A stretch of 64,000 nucleotides of DNA, taken from NCBI GenBank assembly GCA_963749155.1, contig CAVVLO010000001.1:352001-416000 (forward strand), written 5' to 3'. The notes beneath the pieces were generated by a model. That model saw only the letters and a list, made by a program, of their open reading frames with translations. It was not told the DNA's origin and searched no databases. Shown one piece after another: positions 11,256-22,581 of the stretch. Source of the DNA: an uncultured Armatimonadia bacterium. Its GTDB lineage: Bacteria > Armatimonadota > Zipacnadia > CAVVLO01. The position numbers were made by a program, and so were the translations under genes. The stretch's first letter is position 1. Each line of letters starts with the position of its first letter.

Positions 11256-13536
11256 CTACTCCTCCCCCTTCGCCCCGAGCACCTGCACCTCGACGAGTTC
11301 GAGCGTGCCGGCCCAGGGTTCCTCCAGGTGCTGGCTGGCGCCGAGTTCCACCCGCAGATAGCGGCCTGGGCGGCTTCCCCCCGCCACTTTGTAGCGCCAG
11401 AAGTCGGCTGAGTAGGGCGCGCCCTCCTTCGGCACGTGGTTGGTCTGCAGCCACGGGCCCGCCTCGCCTCCGCCCTCGTGCACGGTCAGGAAAGTCAGCG
11501 GAGACCATTCTTGCCCCGCCTCACTCGTCGAGAAGCTGAGCACGCTCGGGATGAACCAGTATGTGCCGCCGATATCGCGAAACTGCAGTTGCACCTCGCT
11601 GATGGGCAGGCTCTTGCCCAGGTCAATCACCACCCACGAGGCGCTCTCGGAGTCGCGATCGTTCACCCAGAAGTTCTCCCCGTCGTCCTGAGCCAGCCAC
11701 CCATCGGTCAGCTTGCCCTCGATGCCCTGATAACCGCGCGCCGTGCTCGAAGCCGTCACGGGCCGGCCGTAGGCGAGGTTGTCTTCTCCCACCGGCTGCG
11801 GGAAGGCCGGCGGCCTGAGGTGCGTCGCCTGCAGGCTGCAGATACGCACGAGCTCATCGCATACCGGCTGAAGTTGCTGCTGGGTGGCTTCCTCTCGCAC
11901 CGACCCCTCGGAGAGGATCGCGTCCATCCGCGCCCTCAGCCAGAAGAGCCGCCAGCGCCAACTGACCTGGCTCCACTCGGGCAGTCGCGCGTCGATGGCC
12001 TCGGCCAGCTCGAAGGCCTCCGGCGCCTGCTCCAGCGACTGCGCGACCCAGTTGTAGCGCGGATGCGTGGCCTCCAGCAGATGGGAGAGCTTCACGAAAT
12101 CGCCCGTCACGTCGGGAGAGAGATAATAACTCGCCCATTCGGCCAGCGCCTCCTCCTGAGAGCGCTCTGGAGCCCAGTAGAAAGCCAGCCACTGCCACTT
12201 GGAGAGGTCCTCATAGCACCCTTCAGAGTATGGCCAGCCTCCGGAGATATAGGGTTTCATCAAGGCCTCGACGCGTTCGTTGAACTCCGGCAGCGCCGTT
12301 GCGCCGAAGCCGCCCCAGGGGTAGCTCTGGTACATCGAGATCTCGGGGAAGGCCACCAGCGGCCAACGCTCGGGGTCCTTGCGGTCGAGCAGCGGCTGCT
12401 GCAGCACATATTCGTCCTGCCCGGTGATGATTCCGGACAGCCAATCGGGGTGCTTCTCGTCCAGCCACTTCAACACGCCGGCGATCTCGCCCTGCGTCTT
12501 GGGGAAGTAGTCCATCTTCCAGGTCGAGAGCCATATCTCGGCCTCCGGGAAATGCCGGTGATACATCTCTCCGAGCGCATCACAGCACCGCAGGAAGCCG
12601 TTGCCTCCCCAGGGTTGGCACTCATCGCACCAGCAACCGCCCTGATCATAGGGCCAAAGCCAGAAGCCATCCACCTCGCCGAAGGCCAGGGCTATCTCTT
12701 CGAGGTTCTTCACAATCAATTCCAGTCCGCCGGGCTTGCTTGGGCATATCTCAACGCCGTAAGCGCCGAAGGTCCCAGGTGCGACGCGCAGCTCTGGAGG
12801 GCTTGCTCCGTAGCCCTCATTGGCCAGGCAGGTCAGGCCGAACTTCATCCCGAAACGATGCGCTGTCTGGCCAAAATGCTTCAGCCGCTGGAAGTGCTTC
12901 ACAGCCGCTGGGTCGTGGAAATCGGTGTACTGGTGCTGGTCGAACCAGACGAACAGGTTGTTGCAGCCCCAGAGAGCAAGGTCTTCGATCAGCCTGTCTA
13001 CGTCCTCGTAGGGCGCGACCTCGTAGAAGTTGCCGAAGTGCGAGGCGAAATACATCCCCCGCACAGGCATCGCCGGACTGGACGCAAGGCGCAGTTTCGG
13101 CAGCTCCAGCTTGCCCGGGGAGTAGCGCCCAAGCCGCAGCAGCTTGCCGACGCCCGCCACAAGCCCGGACTCGGACTGGCCGATGACGAACAGCCGCCCG
13201 GCCTCATCCGGCTCGGTCAGCAGGAGGAAACCATCCGGCCCGAGGGCCTCTCTGCTCGGCTAGCGCGGCCAAATCCGGGTCGGCAAGCGTGCCGAGGACG
13301 AGCTGGAAGGGCTGTTTGCCCTCACTCCCAATCGCAGGCGTGACCCCGGTGCGCTGCTCAATCTGGCGCGCGGCGAGTTCAGCGATGTTGAAGGCCACGG
13401 AACCTGCCTCGCCCCTCGGCGCAAGCTGCAAATCACCAATCGTAAAACTCTGATAGTCAGCCGCCATAAGCGCGCTCCCTCCTGATACTAAAAACAAGCA
13501 GAGTAGCAAGACCAGTAGCTGCCTGAAAATCTTCAT
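11256..13536 (-). CDS. Secreted glycoside-hydrolase-like protein (GH20/GH67-type N-domain, TIM barrel, C-terminal discoidin F5/8-type domain); frameshift near 13220
   Basis: Signal peptide in ORF 13204-13536; P.MPVRGMYFASHF.N.Y and WPYDQGGC.C..C; C-terminal NLAYGRPVTASS...LTDG...WVVIDLG. Confidence 0.6.
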
Positions 13537-13582
13537 CCGAATCGCCCTTCTGCCCAGGCCAGCCAGAGCGCCTCCGCCTGTT

Positions 13583-14959
13583 TCATCTGCCCGCCTTCTT
13601 GATAATCGCGACCAGCTCGCGTTCTTCTGCTTCGGAAATCAACGGCTCGGGCTCGAAGGCGCGTTCGAAGGCCAGCGCTTTGTCGCGAGCCTGCTCTGCA
13701 TCCGTACGTCGTCCAGTAGAAAGCCAGGCGCTGGTGAGCTGGCGCGACCACAGATGAGGTTCCCACAGCGCCTCGCGGAAGTTCATCACCGTGTATTCGG
13801 TCATCAGATGGCCCCCACCAGGCCCTGCCTCGGCGATCTCGGCGACCACTTCGTCCAGGTCGTCCAGCCCCAGTTCCGCAAATTGAGCCTCCAGTGCCCG
13901 CGCGAGTTCGTCATCCAGCAGCAACTGGACAGGGGAGCAGATCTCATCCAGTCCCAGCAATCCCGCCTGGATGGTGCCCAGCCCGCAGGTCAGGGCCGCC
14001 GTGACGGCGCTGGTGGCTTTCTGCGCGCCCGCCTCGAAGCCCGGCGCCTTGGCGTCGGTGAGGCCCGAGCCACAATTGACCGCGCACCCGTAGAAGCGTC
14101 CAAGCTCCGCAAAAACGAAAGAGAGCCGCTGCTGCTCGGGCCGCCCATAACACGGCGCGCCCTGCCGCATATCCACCGTCACGATGGAACTGGACAGGTG
14201 CCAGACGGTTTCAGGTCGGAAAGCCTTGTGAAGCAAAAAGAGGAAGAGCTGCTCCGCCAGTGTCAGCACCGCGATACCGCCGAGGGTCACCGGCGCCGTC
14301 CCGCCCTGGGAGGGGAGATGGCCGATGTACATTGGCAGACCGCGTTCAGCAAACCACAGCATCTGCTCGCACTCGGGCCGGGCCAGTTTGAGGGGCGAAA
14401 CCAGATAACCGACTGCGCTGAAAAGGTCTTCGAGCTGTCTTCCTGTCTGCGCCCCGCGCGCCTCGCATAACTCGACCAGCGGTTCGCAAAGGCCAGTGAG
14501 TTGCACGCTGCCGGAGTTCACTGCGCCATATTTCCAGCAGTAGAGCCGCTCCAGCAAAGGGATATGCCGGGGACTGAAGCCTGGCGGGACGAAGGGCAGT
14601 CCCAGCAGCCAGAGCCTGTCCTCGACGGCGAGCGATGCCGCCAGTGCGATGTAACAGGCCAGCTTGCGCTCATCGAAGCCGACCAACTCGCCTGTCTCAG
14701 GCTCCGCGTAATAGGACTGATAGATGCCCGTGGAAGCCGAGATGCGCGGCCTGCCTTCGTGGGGCGGCGCCTTGGGCGCCTCCGCCAGCGCCGCCTCGAC
14801 GGCCTGCGCGGGAAAGCGCACTCTTCCGCTGGCCTCATCCGTCACCCCTCCGACCGAGGTCAGCCGGTGGCGCAGTGCCTCGTGTTCGACCTCGACCCCC
14901 GTCTCAGCCAGCACGCGCAGCGCGGCAGCGTGCAGCTCCTTGGCTTTGCCTTCTGTCAA
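13583..14959 (-). CDS. mttB: Trimethylamine methyltransferase (MttB) superfamily protein without pyrrolysine
   Basis: LH.AAL.VL.ETGV, SPL, GGTAPVTL.G, DMR.G..YG.PE, TDAK.PG.EAG.QK and I..AGPGG.HL..E.T motifs; no in-frame amber codon; family-level call only. Confidence 0.85.
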   Translation of the reverse strand: MTEGKAKELHAAALRVLAETGVEVEHEALRHRLTSVGGVTDEASGRVRFPAQAVEAALAEAPKAPPHEGRPRISASTGIYQSYYAEPETGELVGFDERKLACYIALAASLAVEDRLWLLGLPFVPPGFSPRHIPLLERLYCWKYGAVNSGSVQLTGLCEPLVELCEARGAQTGRQLEDLFSAVGYLVSPLKLARPECEQMLWFAERGLPMYIGHLPSQGGTAPVTLGGIAVLTLAEQLFLFLLHKAFRPETVWHLSSSIVTVDMRQGAPCYGRPEQQRLSFVFAELGRFYGCAVNCGSGLTDAKAPGFEAGAQKATSAVTAALTCGLGTIQAGLLGLDEICSPVQLLLDDELARALEAQFAELGLDDLDEVVAEIAEAGPGGGHLMTEYTVMNFREALWEPHLWSRQLTSAWLSTGRRTDAEQARDKALAFERAFEPEPLISEAEERELVAIIKKAGR

Positions 14960-14998
14960 GCCAGCGGTCAGTGTTCAATTCTGCCGTCTCCCGAGAAA

Positions 14999-16138
14999 TC
15001 AGTACCTGCCATAATTTCTCGCCGTTTCTATCATCGCATACAGATTTTCATCGGGCGTATCTCGCCCGCACTGGTCACCGGTCGACAGGATGAACCCGCC
15101 CCCCGCGCCGGCGTCGTCAATGGCCCGCTTACTCTCCTCGATTACTTTCTCCACGGACCCCAGCAGCATCACTTCGGTGGTGTGGAGATTACCCATCAGG
15201 CTGATCCGGTCGCCCCAACGCCGCTTGAGGTCCGCCAGGTCACAGTCACCCATAGGAGGCGGCTCCAGCGGGTTGATGTTGTCGAGATCGGATTCCTCGG
15301 CAGCCAGTTTTACCAGTTGGCGTTCAGGCCCGCAGCAGTGGATCTGACTGATAACGCCTGCTTCCTTGCACAGCTTCGTCACCGCCTGCAGGGTTGGCAG
15401 GGCAAGCTGGCGGAAGATAGGCTCCGGGTTCGTAATCATGAAACCCGAGATGCCAATAAGGATGAGATCAGGTTGCGGGTCCAGCGCGAGGAAGGCCTCG
15501 GTCCGCTTGACCGTCGCCTCGTGGTATTGCTCGCAGCGCGCAATGACGACCGAGGGATTGTCGTACCACTCATAGCTGCTTTCAGGATTGAGCCCCAGGC
15601 CAGGCAAGCCGACACAAACTCCCACAACGCCTGCCTCACCAAGCTGCTGCCTGGCGGCGCGATAGGCCTCGAGCCCAGGATAACTGGTGCGCGCCTCGAC
15701 TTCTTCCCACTCGGTCGGCGCGCTGGTCGGCAGCCCGACCTTCGAGAGAGGCAAACGGACGGTTGGGGGATCGGCGATGTAATAGACATTGCACCAGTCC
15801 GTCCACTGTTCGACCCCCTCGACCAGGCGATGCAGCCTCGTGTAGATACGCTCTGGCGTCCGCGCGACGATGGCTTCGCGCCACTGAGGCTGGCTCTCGC
15901 GCCAGGCGATGTCAGCCTCCAGCTCCAGCGGTACGCCAGGCAACCACCCATCGAACTCGTAATGCTTGACTGTGTCGATGTAGGCCTGCCACAGGGGCGG
16001 ATCCTGATAGAGGTAGATATCCCAAAAGGGCTTCCCCGTGAGCTTGCAAGGGATCATATTGCTGGTATCCGGCGAGACCGGCACACTGTCCGGCTGGCCA
16101 TTGCGCATCGCGATGAGCATCCGCTCTCGACTGGTCAA
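14999..16138 (-). CDS. URO-D/MtaA-CmuA superfamily protein
   Basis: MTSRERM...PD.VPV.P start; IHCCG, INPLE.PP.GD, LMGNL and GGGFILSTGDQC motifs. Confidence 0.85.
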   Translation of the reverse strand: MTSRERMLIAMRNGQPDSVPVSPDTSNMIPCKLTGKPFWDIYLYQDPPLWQAYIDTVKHYEFDGWLPGVPLELEADIAWRESQPQWREAIVARTPERIYTRLHRLVEGVEQWTDWCNVYYIADPPTVRLPLSKVGLPTSAPTEWEEVEARTSYPGLEAYRAARQQLGEAGVVGVCVGLPGLGLNPESSYEWYDNPSVVIARCEQYHEATVKRTEAFLALDPQPDLILIGISGFMITNPEPIFRQLALPTLQAVTKLCKEAGVISQIHCCGPERQLVKLAAEESDLDNINPLEPPPMGDCDLADLKRRWGDRISLMGNLHTTEVMLLGSVEKVIEESKRAIDDAGAGGGFILSTGDQCGRDTPDENLYAMIETARNYGRY

Positions 16139-16162
16139 AAGGGCTTCCTCCCTAATCCAAAA

Positions 16163-18250
16163 CTATTCTACTTCTACGGTGCTGCCGGCCTCTCCGCCCT
16201 GAGGCAGAGTCACCTCATACGATGCGCCGGCGACTGTTACTGTCAGTTGCTTCAGTTGCTGCGTCGGGTCGCTGGCCCAAAGTTTGCCTTCGGCCAAATC
16301 AAGCGCCACGATGCAAGCCTCGGAGGCTGTCATCCGCTTGCCCGGCGAGTATTCGAGACTGCCAGAGTCCCAGAATATGGCTGCGACCAGTGTCCCACCG
16401 GCAGCGCGCACCGCCTGCAGCTTCGGCCTGTTGGCTAGCAGTGTGAGTCCGAGCTGCGAGGCCCGTTCGGCTGTCTGCTCGCGCGTTACACCGGGCAGCA
16501 CGATATAGGCATAGGCGGCCGCTTGAGGGTCCACGCCGTGGTCGAGGGCCAGGCGGAAGAGTGGCGCTGTGACTTCTTCCTGAGGCATCGTTATCTTGTC
16601 TTCTATCAAAGTCCACTTGCCCCTTGCAGGCTGGTTGAAGACCTCGACGGTCGCCGGACCGGGGAAGACATACCCGAGGCCATCGTGCCACACCCAGCGG
16701 ATTGCCGGGAGGGTATGACTGCCCTGTTCCAGTAGTTGGGCCTGACCTTCACTGCCTGCCCAGACCTCTCCCTGCAGCTCGCGCTGGTCGAGAGTGGTCG
16801 CGATTGGGTCAGTGACGGCCTCGCTGGCGCGGATGCCCGCTCCAAGCGCCACCACGCAGTCGGGCAGAAACACCCAGGCCTTGCGCGCCGAGACGCCATC
16901 TCGCAAGTAATCCAGCGCCGCGACACCGACCTGCCCAGTGCTCACGGCGCCTGCAAAGTCAACTGGCACGCGCGCATTGCCCTGCCAGGGGAACTTTTTC
17001 TGGCTCTGCGCGAGTGTCGTCCCGGGGATGGCCGCCCAATCCATCACAGGGCGGATGGCTTCGTATTCATCGCCGTTGAGGTAGAAGAAAGTCGCCCCGT
17101 CGCTGGTGTAATAGCCGCGGACGTTTTCGCTGTTGAGGGCTTCGGCGCCGATGGTGCGGTTGGAGGAGAGCTTGAGCGAGGCCATCCACTCCGCCTGACG
17201 ATGGATCAGATAATCTGAACGCCAAAAATAACGCGTCCCGACGAGGTCATTGGCCGCTGCTTGCTGGTTGCGAGTGACTACCGCCTGGTAGTCCGCAGCT
17301 TGCTCTGGATCCAGGCGCTGCAGCGCGCCGGCGACGCCGCTGACCGCCCGTCCCTTGCCGAGTTGGGCGTTCGGCCCGAGCTGGCGGCCGCAACTGCTGA
17401 AGTCCATATAGCCGCGCCAGCAGACCCACGCCTCGCCTTCCAGCACATAGTCTCTGATGATGGCGACTTTCTCCGGAGAATAGGCAAATCCAGTGCCCGC
17501 CACCAGGCCAATCCAGCGAGCGGATTCACTGGCGAAGGCAAGTCCATAATTTCCGAACTGCTGCTGCGGACCATGCTGGTGGAAGCTGTAATCGGGCTGG
17601 ATTCCCTCGCTGGTGGTGATAACGACCTCGCCCGAGATAGCAGCGATTGAGTCGCGCACGAGCTGCTCATCGCCAGTCAACGCGCCGCGCACGAAAGTAT
17701 TGGCGGCCAGCCAAATCTTGTTCTGGCCTGTCATCCTGATGCCCGAGCGCATCATTATCACGCCCGTCCCCTGATCGAACTCCTGCTGGGTGAGCGCCGG
17801 ACCGAGGACCACATACAATCTGCCGATTTCGCGGGGCGTCCAGATCTCGTTGTACCACCAGTTGGGACACTTGAAATCGCTCTCCAGCCAATAACCGAGC
17901 GCCTTGTGGATGCCCTCCAGCAGGCCCTCATCGCCTTCCAGTGGGCAGCCGGGCGTCGCCCAGGCCTTGGCCAGTTCGTTGAGCCTCGTCAGATGTAAAG
18001 TGGTGCGCCAACCGCCGCGCTGGGTGCAGTTGTACACGACATCGGGCCAGGCGCCCTCGGAATTCAGTGCCGCAAGAGAATCGCGTATCCGTTGCACGGC
18101 GGCCGCATCATAGACTGGCGCCGCACCGGTAACTGGATCAAGCCCCAGCGCTTCGGCGCGCAGCCGGTCTTTGAGCAGCCCCAGTTCATCCGCCGAAGCC
18201 AGGCTTAGAGCCAGGAACAGCGCCAACAGGCTGATAACTAGCACCTTCAT
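16163..18250 (-). CDS. Polysaccharide lyase family 8 (chondroitin/hyaluronate/xanthan lyase-like), secreted
   Basis: Signal peptide; NWWYNEI.TP, MTGQNKIW, GIQPDYSFHQHGPQ...GNYG, GRQ, DW..IPGTT and DHG..P....Y.Y motifs. Confidence 0.92.
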   Translation of the reverse strand: MKVLVISLLALFLALSLASADELGLLKDRLRAEALGLDPVTGAAPVYDAAAVQRIRDSLAALNSEGAWPDVVYNCTQRGGWRTTLHLTRLNELAKAWATPGCPLEGDEGLLEGIHKALGYWLESDFKCPNWWYNEIWTPREIGRLYVVLGPALTQQEFDQGTGVIMMRSGIRMTGQNKIWLAANTFVRGALTGDEQLVRDSIAAISGEVVITTSEGIQPDYSFHQHGPQQQFGNYGLAFASESARWIGLVAGTGFAYSPEKVAIIRDYVLEGEAWVCWRGYMDFSSCGRQLGPNAQLGKGRAVSGVAGALQRLDPEQAADYQAVVTRNQQAAANDLVGTRYFWRSDYLIHRQAEWMASLKLSSNRTIGAEALNSENVRGYYTSDGATFFYLNGDEYEAIRPVMDWAAIPGTTLAQSQKKFPWQGNARVPVDFAGAVSTGQVGVAALDYLRDGVSARKAWVFLPDCVVALGAGIRASEAVTDPIATTLDQRELQGEVWAGSEGQAQLLEQGSHTLPAIRWVWHDGLGYVFPGPATVEVFNQPARGKWTLIEDKITMPQEEVTAPLFRLALDHGVDPQAAAYAYIVLPGVTREQTAERASQLGLTLLANRPKLQAVRAAGGTLVAAIFWDSGSLEYSPGKRMTASEACIVALDLAEGKLWASDPTQQLKQLTVTVAGASYEVTLPQGGEAGSTVEVE

Positions 18251-18379
18251 CGTCTCCCTCCACCTATCAGGGTCTCTCCCTATTGGCGATGAGGGCCGGA
18301 GTTCCTTGTCAAGCCAAAGGCAGGAAGCTGCTCTGTCAGAGGCGAATCTCCTCCCACATCGCCTTGAGGAGGCTTCTCA

Positions 18380-19627
18380 ATGCCCCTGCCAGTTGTCCTG
18401 TTGATCGGATTAGTGGTGCTGATCGTTGCACTGGCGGCGCCAGGCCACACTTACGACTTCGCAAAGCCTGGGCCGGTGACTCTGGCCGAACTGGCAAGGT
18501 TGCCTCTTGCCGGTGTCACTGCGCACGAAGTTAACGACTATGCCCCTGGCCATTACGAGGGGCCTATGGAACCAAGTCCCCCTCACGCCGATATGAACGC
18601 CAGAAGGGCCCTGGTAATCCGCTGGGAAGACCGCCCCGAACGTTTCATCTTCAGCCATGAGGCCAGCTATTGCCCGCTACTCGAGCTGCCCAGCGGGGCC
18701 GCGATGTGCAACCAGTTCTTCGAGGGCAACCTCGGCGATGCGGAACTCTTCAACGATCCTGGACGCAAGGAACGCAACAGCTATGTGGATGTCGTCGAGG
18801 CTACCTCCCAGCGCGTCTGGGTGCGCTGGACCTACCTCTGCGTGAATATGAACGATGACACTAGCCCCCGCCTGCGAGGCACGGAGGACTATTTTGCCTA
18901 TCCCAACGGCCTGGTGCTGCGCCGGATGAGCTACGAGAGCCTGATGCCGGGCGAGGTGGTCGGCTACAGCACCCAGCCGGTCGAACTCTTCGGCGTCGGT
19001 CCAGTTGGCTCTACGTTGCCGGACCTCTTCCCTCTGGAGGCTACTCACGGCGACTACCTGACCCACCTTGCGCTCGATCTTTATTCCGACAAACGCTATG
19101 CCCTCTACTGGACGGAGGAGGGCGGCGTTCGGCGCGAGGGCGATGACGCGACCCTCGCGGCTATCTCGCGTTCAGGCTGCGCGCTGGTGTTGCCCTTCAA
19201 GGAGAAGCTTCTCTTTGCAGTGCTCGGCCCGGCCAGTGGTTTCGCCCCCGAGCGTAACCAGTTGATAGACCACTGCACCGCCGGCGCCGAAGGCGGCTGC
19301 GGCTGGGGCACAGGCCTCTGGGACCACTGGCCCATCGGCTGGCTCAACTCGCAGACCAGCTATTGGAAGCCAGGCTCCGAGTATCCCTTCAGCTTCGGCT
19401 CTATCGGGCAGTTCTTCGTCCCCCCGGGCGAGCGCATCAAGGCCTTCAGCCCTGACTATTTCGATCTGTGCAAGGATATGGAGAACAACCGCTGGACCGA
19501 ACGGCGCCTCTTCACCGTGCTGCTTGGCGCCGCGGACGACCTGGACGAGGTGCGTCGGATCGGCCGGGCCTGGCTGGACCAGGGCTCCTTCTGCAACCAG
19601 CCGGCCAGCCTGCGCAAGCTGAGGTAA
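18380..19627 (+). CDS. Secreted hypothetical protein
   Basis: Intact 415-aa ORF, GGAGG RBS, N-terminal hydrophobic signal, normal codon bias. Confidence 0.8.
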   Translation: MPLPVVLLIGLVVLIVALAAPGHTYDFAKPGPVTLAELARLPLAGVTAHEVNDYAPGHYEGPMEPSPPHADMNARRALVIRWEDRPERFIFSHEASYCPLLELPSGAAMCNQFFEGNLGDAELFNDPGRKERNSYVDVVEATSQRVWVRWTYLCVNMNDDTSPRLRGTEDYFAYPNGLVLRRMSYESLMPGEVVGYSTQPVELFGVGPVGSTLPDLFPLEATHGDYLTHLALDLYSDKRYALYWTEEGGVRREGDDATLAAISRSGCALVLPFKEKLLFAVLGPASGFAPERNQLIDHCTAGAEGGCGWGTGLWDHWPIGWLNSQTSYWKPGSEYPFSFGSIGQFFVPPGERIKAFSPDYFDLCKDMENNRWTERRLFTVLLGAADDLDEVRRIGRAWLDQGSFCNQPASLRKLR

Positions 19628-19653
19628 GCCCTACCCTTGGAGGAGGAGCTCTT

Positions 19654-22566
19654 ATGCAATTGCCTTTGATACTAATCCTGCTTCTGCTGACGCTACTAGC
19701 GGCTTTCAGCTTCGCCGCGGATTTGCCTTATGACGCCTATCGCGAGTGGGAGATCGCCTTTGACTTCGCCCAGCGCCTGGACCATGCCACCCAGCTCAAT
19801 ATGCCAGGCGCCAGCGTCCAGACCGAGACAGCCGGAGGCGTGGCGCTGCAGGCTATCTTTCAGCACTCCAATCTGGAGGGGCCGGGTGTCTCTACCCTCG
19901 TTTATGACCAGGTCGAACTGCCCGAGCTGGCCGCCGGAGAGCGCCTCCTCTTCGTGTTTGGTATCGGTTTCCCCGACCGGCTGGGCGACTTGCCCAGTTT
20001 CGATGGGTGCGGCTTCTCCCTCGAGATTGCCGGGGCAGAGGTTTTTTCAAAAGAATGGACCGCAGCGCCAGTGGGATTTCCATGAGGTGGACCTTTCGGA
20101 CTTGGCTGGCCAGAAGGTAAACGTGAGCTTCTACGTCGACCGACTGACAACCTCCAACGCCGACTGGGCCAACTGGGCGCAGCCGCGTATCTACATCGTC
20201 GGTCGCCCGCGAGTCCTGCCCGAAGGGCCGAAGTCCAGTTCGCTGCTGGTCGAGGCTCTGCTTGCAAAACCAATTCCTGACCGCATCGTGTCACAGACCG
20301 ATGGGGAAGCCGGCACAGTCGTTCTAGCGACCCTCGACCCAGGGCTTGACCTGCCCTGGCAGCTTTCGCGGTTGGCCGCTGAAACTGGCCCGGCCCCTGT
20401 GCCTCTGGCTCCGCGTCTGGTGGTGGGGGAGGGCCCCGACCCCGAGAACCACACCTTCGTCAAGGTGCTCTCTCAATATGGCCTGGCCGACCTGCAATTT
20501 CTGGCTTTCCCGCCCGAGGTGCGCGGCGGGGTGGCTGTCCGAATCGCGAAGCTGCCCACTGGCCAGCAGGTAATCATGGCGACCGCGCTAGCCCAAAGTC
20601 TGCCCTCGCGCGTCTTCGACCTGGCGGGAGTGTTCCTTGGAGAAGCCTCCCAGCTTGGCCTTGCCCCTCCTCCTGCCGATTTTGGCGCGGCAGAATTTGC
20701 TTCTGCTTTCGAGGGCGAACGGCTGCAATCAGTTGCCGACCCTTACCGGAGCCTCTTGCGTTCGGTGAGCAATTCCGGGACCCGGCTGCTGGATGTCGGC
20801 GCAAGGGAAAATGACTTCTGGTATTGCTGGTATCCCTGGAAGGAAGAACGTCCCGAGGCGGAGCGCAACTCCGACCACATCAGATTCGCCGAGTATCGCC
20901 ATCTCCGCACCGATTATGCGACCCCGGCCCGTATGCAAGCCGACTTCGAGACCAATGACGACTTCGAAGCCTGGGCGGGTGAGGGGCTGCGCAACGCAAT
21001 GGCGGGCAGTTTCAACGATTACAACACCGCCCCCCCCGTTATGTGGGAGCCCTGTTTCACTCATCGCTGGGCCAAGCCGCTTTTCCAGTCCTGGATAGAT
21101 CTCAAAGAGGCCGAGACTGGCCTGCCCAAATATGGGATGCTCACCCGCAACAACAACGTGGATGAATATGGCGAGTTTGGCCGGATTGATTTCTACGGGG
21201 GCACCTATGCTTTCGGCTGGCCGGCTGTGGACGGCTCTATGTCTGGCCTTTGCGGTCGGCTCTGCGCCAGCTCGCGCCGCTCTTCCGGGCCAATCCCGAG
21301 CATTTCGTTGCCGTCGAGCCGAACCACGAGCAGGAGATAGCCGTGCAGGCCGAAGGCACTCAGGGCGACTACAACCTCAAGATGATTGAGGGCTTCTTCC
21401 AATACCTGGCCGAACGCACTGGCCGCGACATCGAAGCCCTCCGGCAGGAATATGGCGCTCCCTTCGAGGGCTATTTCGACGCTCCACGCGACTGGGAGCG
21501 GGCTGATTGGGACGCCTATTCTGGCGATAATCCTTTCTTCAAGGCCTGGATAGACTATAACCGCTACATCGTCAACCGCCGCCTTGCGGAAACTTATCGC
21601 GAAGCGCTGCTTGCCGGCTTCCCGCCCGAGGCCATCAAGAGCCATCAGATTCCCGACCGCTATGCGATAGGCGGGCTTGCGGCCTTCAGCAGCGTCACCA
21701 ACCGCCACACGCCGATTGACTATGCGATGAACGCCGGTATTGGTTATGGCTACACGCGGTATGGCGTCTGGTATCAGGAGCAGCACAATGTCCAGCAGGG
21801 CGCCTGGTCCAGTGGCTTCGATCAAGTGATAATCGGCGAATACCAGGCGCTGACAACAGAGGTCGAGGACGCTTACGGCCAGCTTCGTTATATCTTCGAC
21901 CACGGCGGGCAGGGCGTGCATTGTATGGTCTGGCCCGATGACACCTTCAACGGCACAATGGCTCAGGCGCTGGACCAGCTCCTCGAGGAAGACCCTCTCC
22001 GGCCCGGCATCACGGGGGGAGTCGGGCAGGTCAGGCCTTTCGTGGAAGGCGACCGGCGCTTCAACCTGGTCAGCCTGGGCACCGGCCCCGAGCGCACTGG
22101 CCTCATCAAGAGCGTAGATGCCGCAGGCGCCTGGGAGGGCAGCGTCTATGTCGTGCCTTTCCACGCCCATCTCGAAGCCGAGGTGCTGGAACTCGCTGGA
22201 GACGAGTCTGGCTTCAGCGTTGGGCCCCTCTCAGGACTCGACTCGGGTCAGCAGGTAGAGGTAACTTTCGAGGCCCGCGCAACAGGCTCGAGGGGCACGA
22301 TAACCTTTAACGCGCTTGCGGGGAGCGTCCCGCTCGAAGGGCTTGAAGCCACTGTGCAAGTCGGCTCCAACTGGAAGCCAGTCCGTTATGTGCTGCGCGT
22401 CCCGCTGCCTTTCGATAATCTCGTTATCCAGGTCACTTGCGAAGGCGCCGAGTTGCTTGCGCCGCTTGCGGTACTCGAGACCGAGCAGACCACCAAGGTC
22501 TATACCGGCAAGCTGGACGGCCAGCGCCACAAGGGCGGCGTCACTTTCGATGTGATTTCCAACTAG
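19654..22566 (+). CDS. Large secreted hypothetical protein, possibly glycoside-hydrolase-like; frameshifts near 20065 and 21235
   Basis: GGAGGAGG RBS and signal peptide MQLPLILILLLL; three overlapping protein-like ORFs chain together; VEPNHE and IIGEY resemble clan GH-A catalytic Glu contexts (inference). Confidence 0.65.
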
Positions 22567-22581
22567 ATGGGGGAGCATCAA

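Noticed and set aside
13583..14959. Pyrrolysine-containing trimethylamine methyltransferase or stop-codon recoding
   Set aside because: No in-frame TAG in the ORF and no pyl genes; broken genes elsewhere change frame and do not read through stops.
6799..16438. Long antisense ORFs (6799-8589 -, 8664-9941 -, 11436-13343 +, 14501-16438 +; also 42809-43933 - and 49943-51118 +)
   Set aside because: They mirror well-supported genes on the other strand and have no family motifs; expected shadows of high-GC codon bias.
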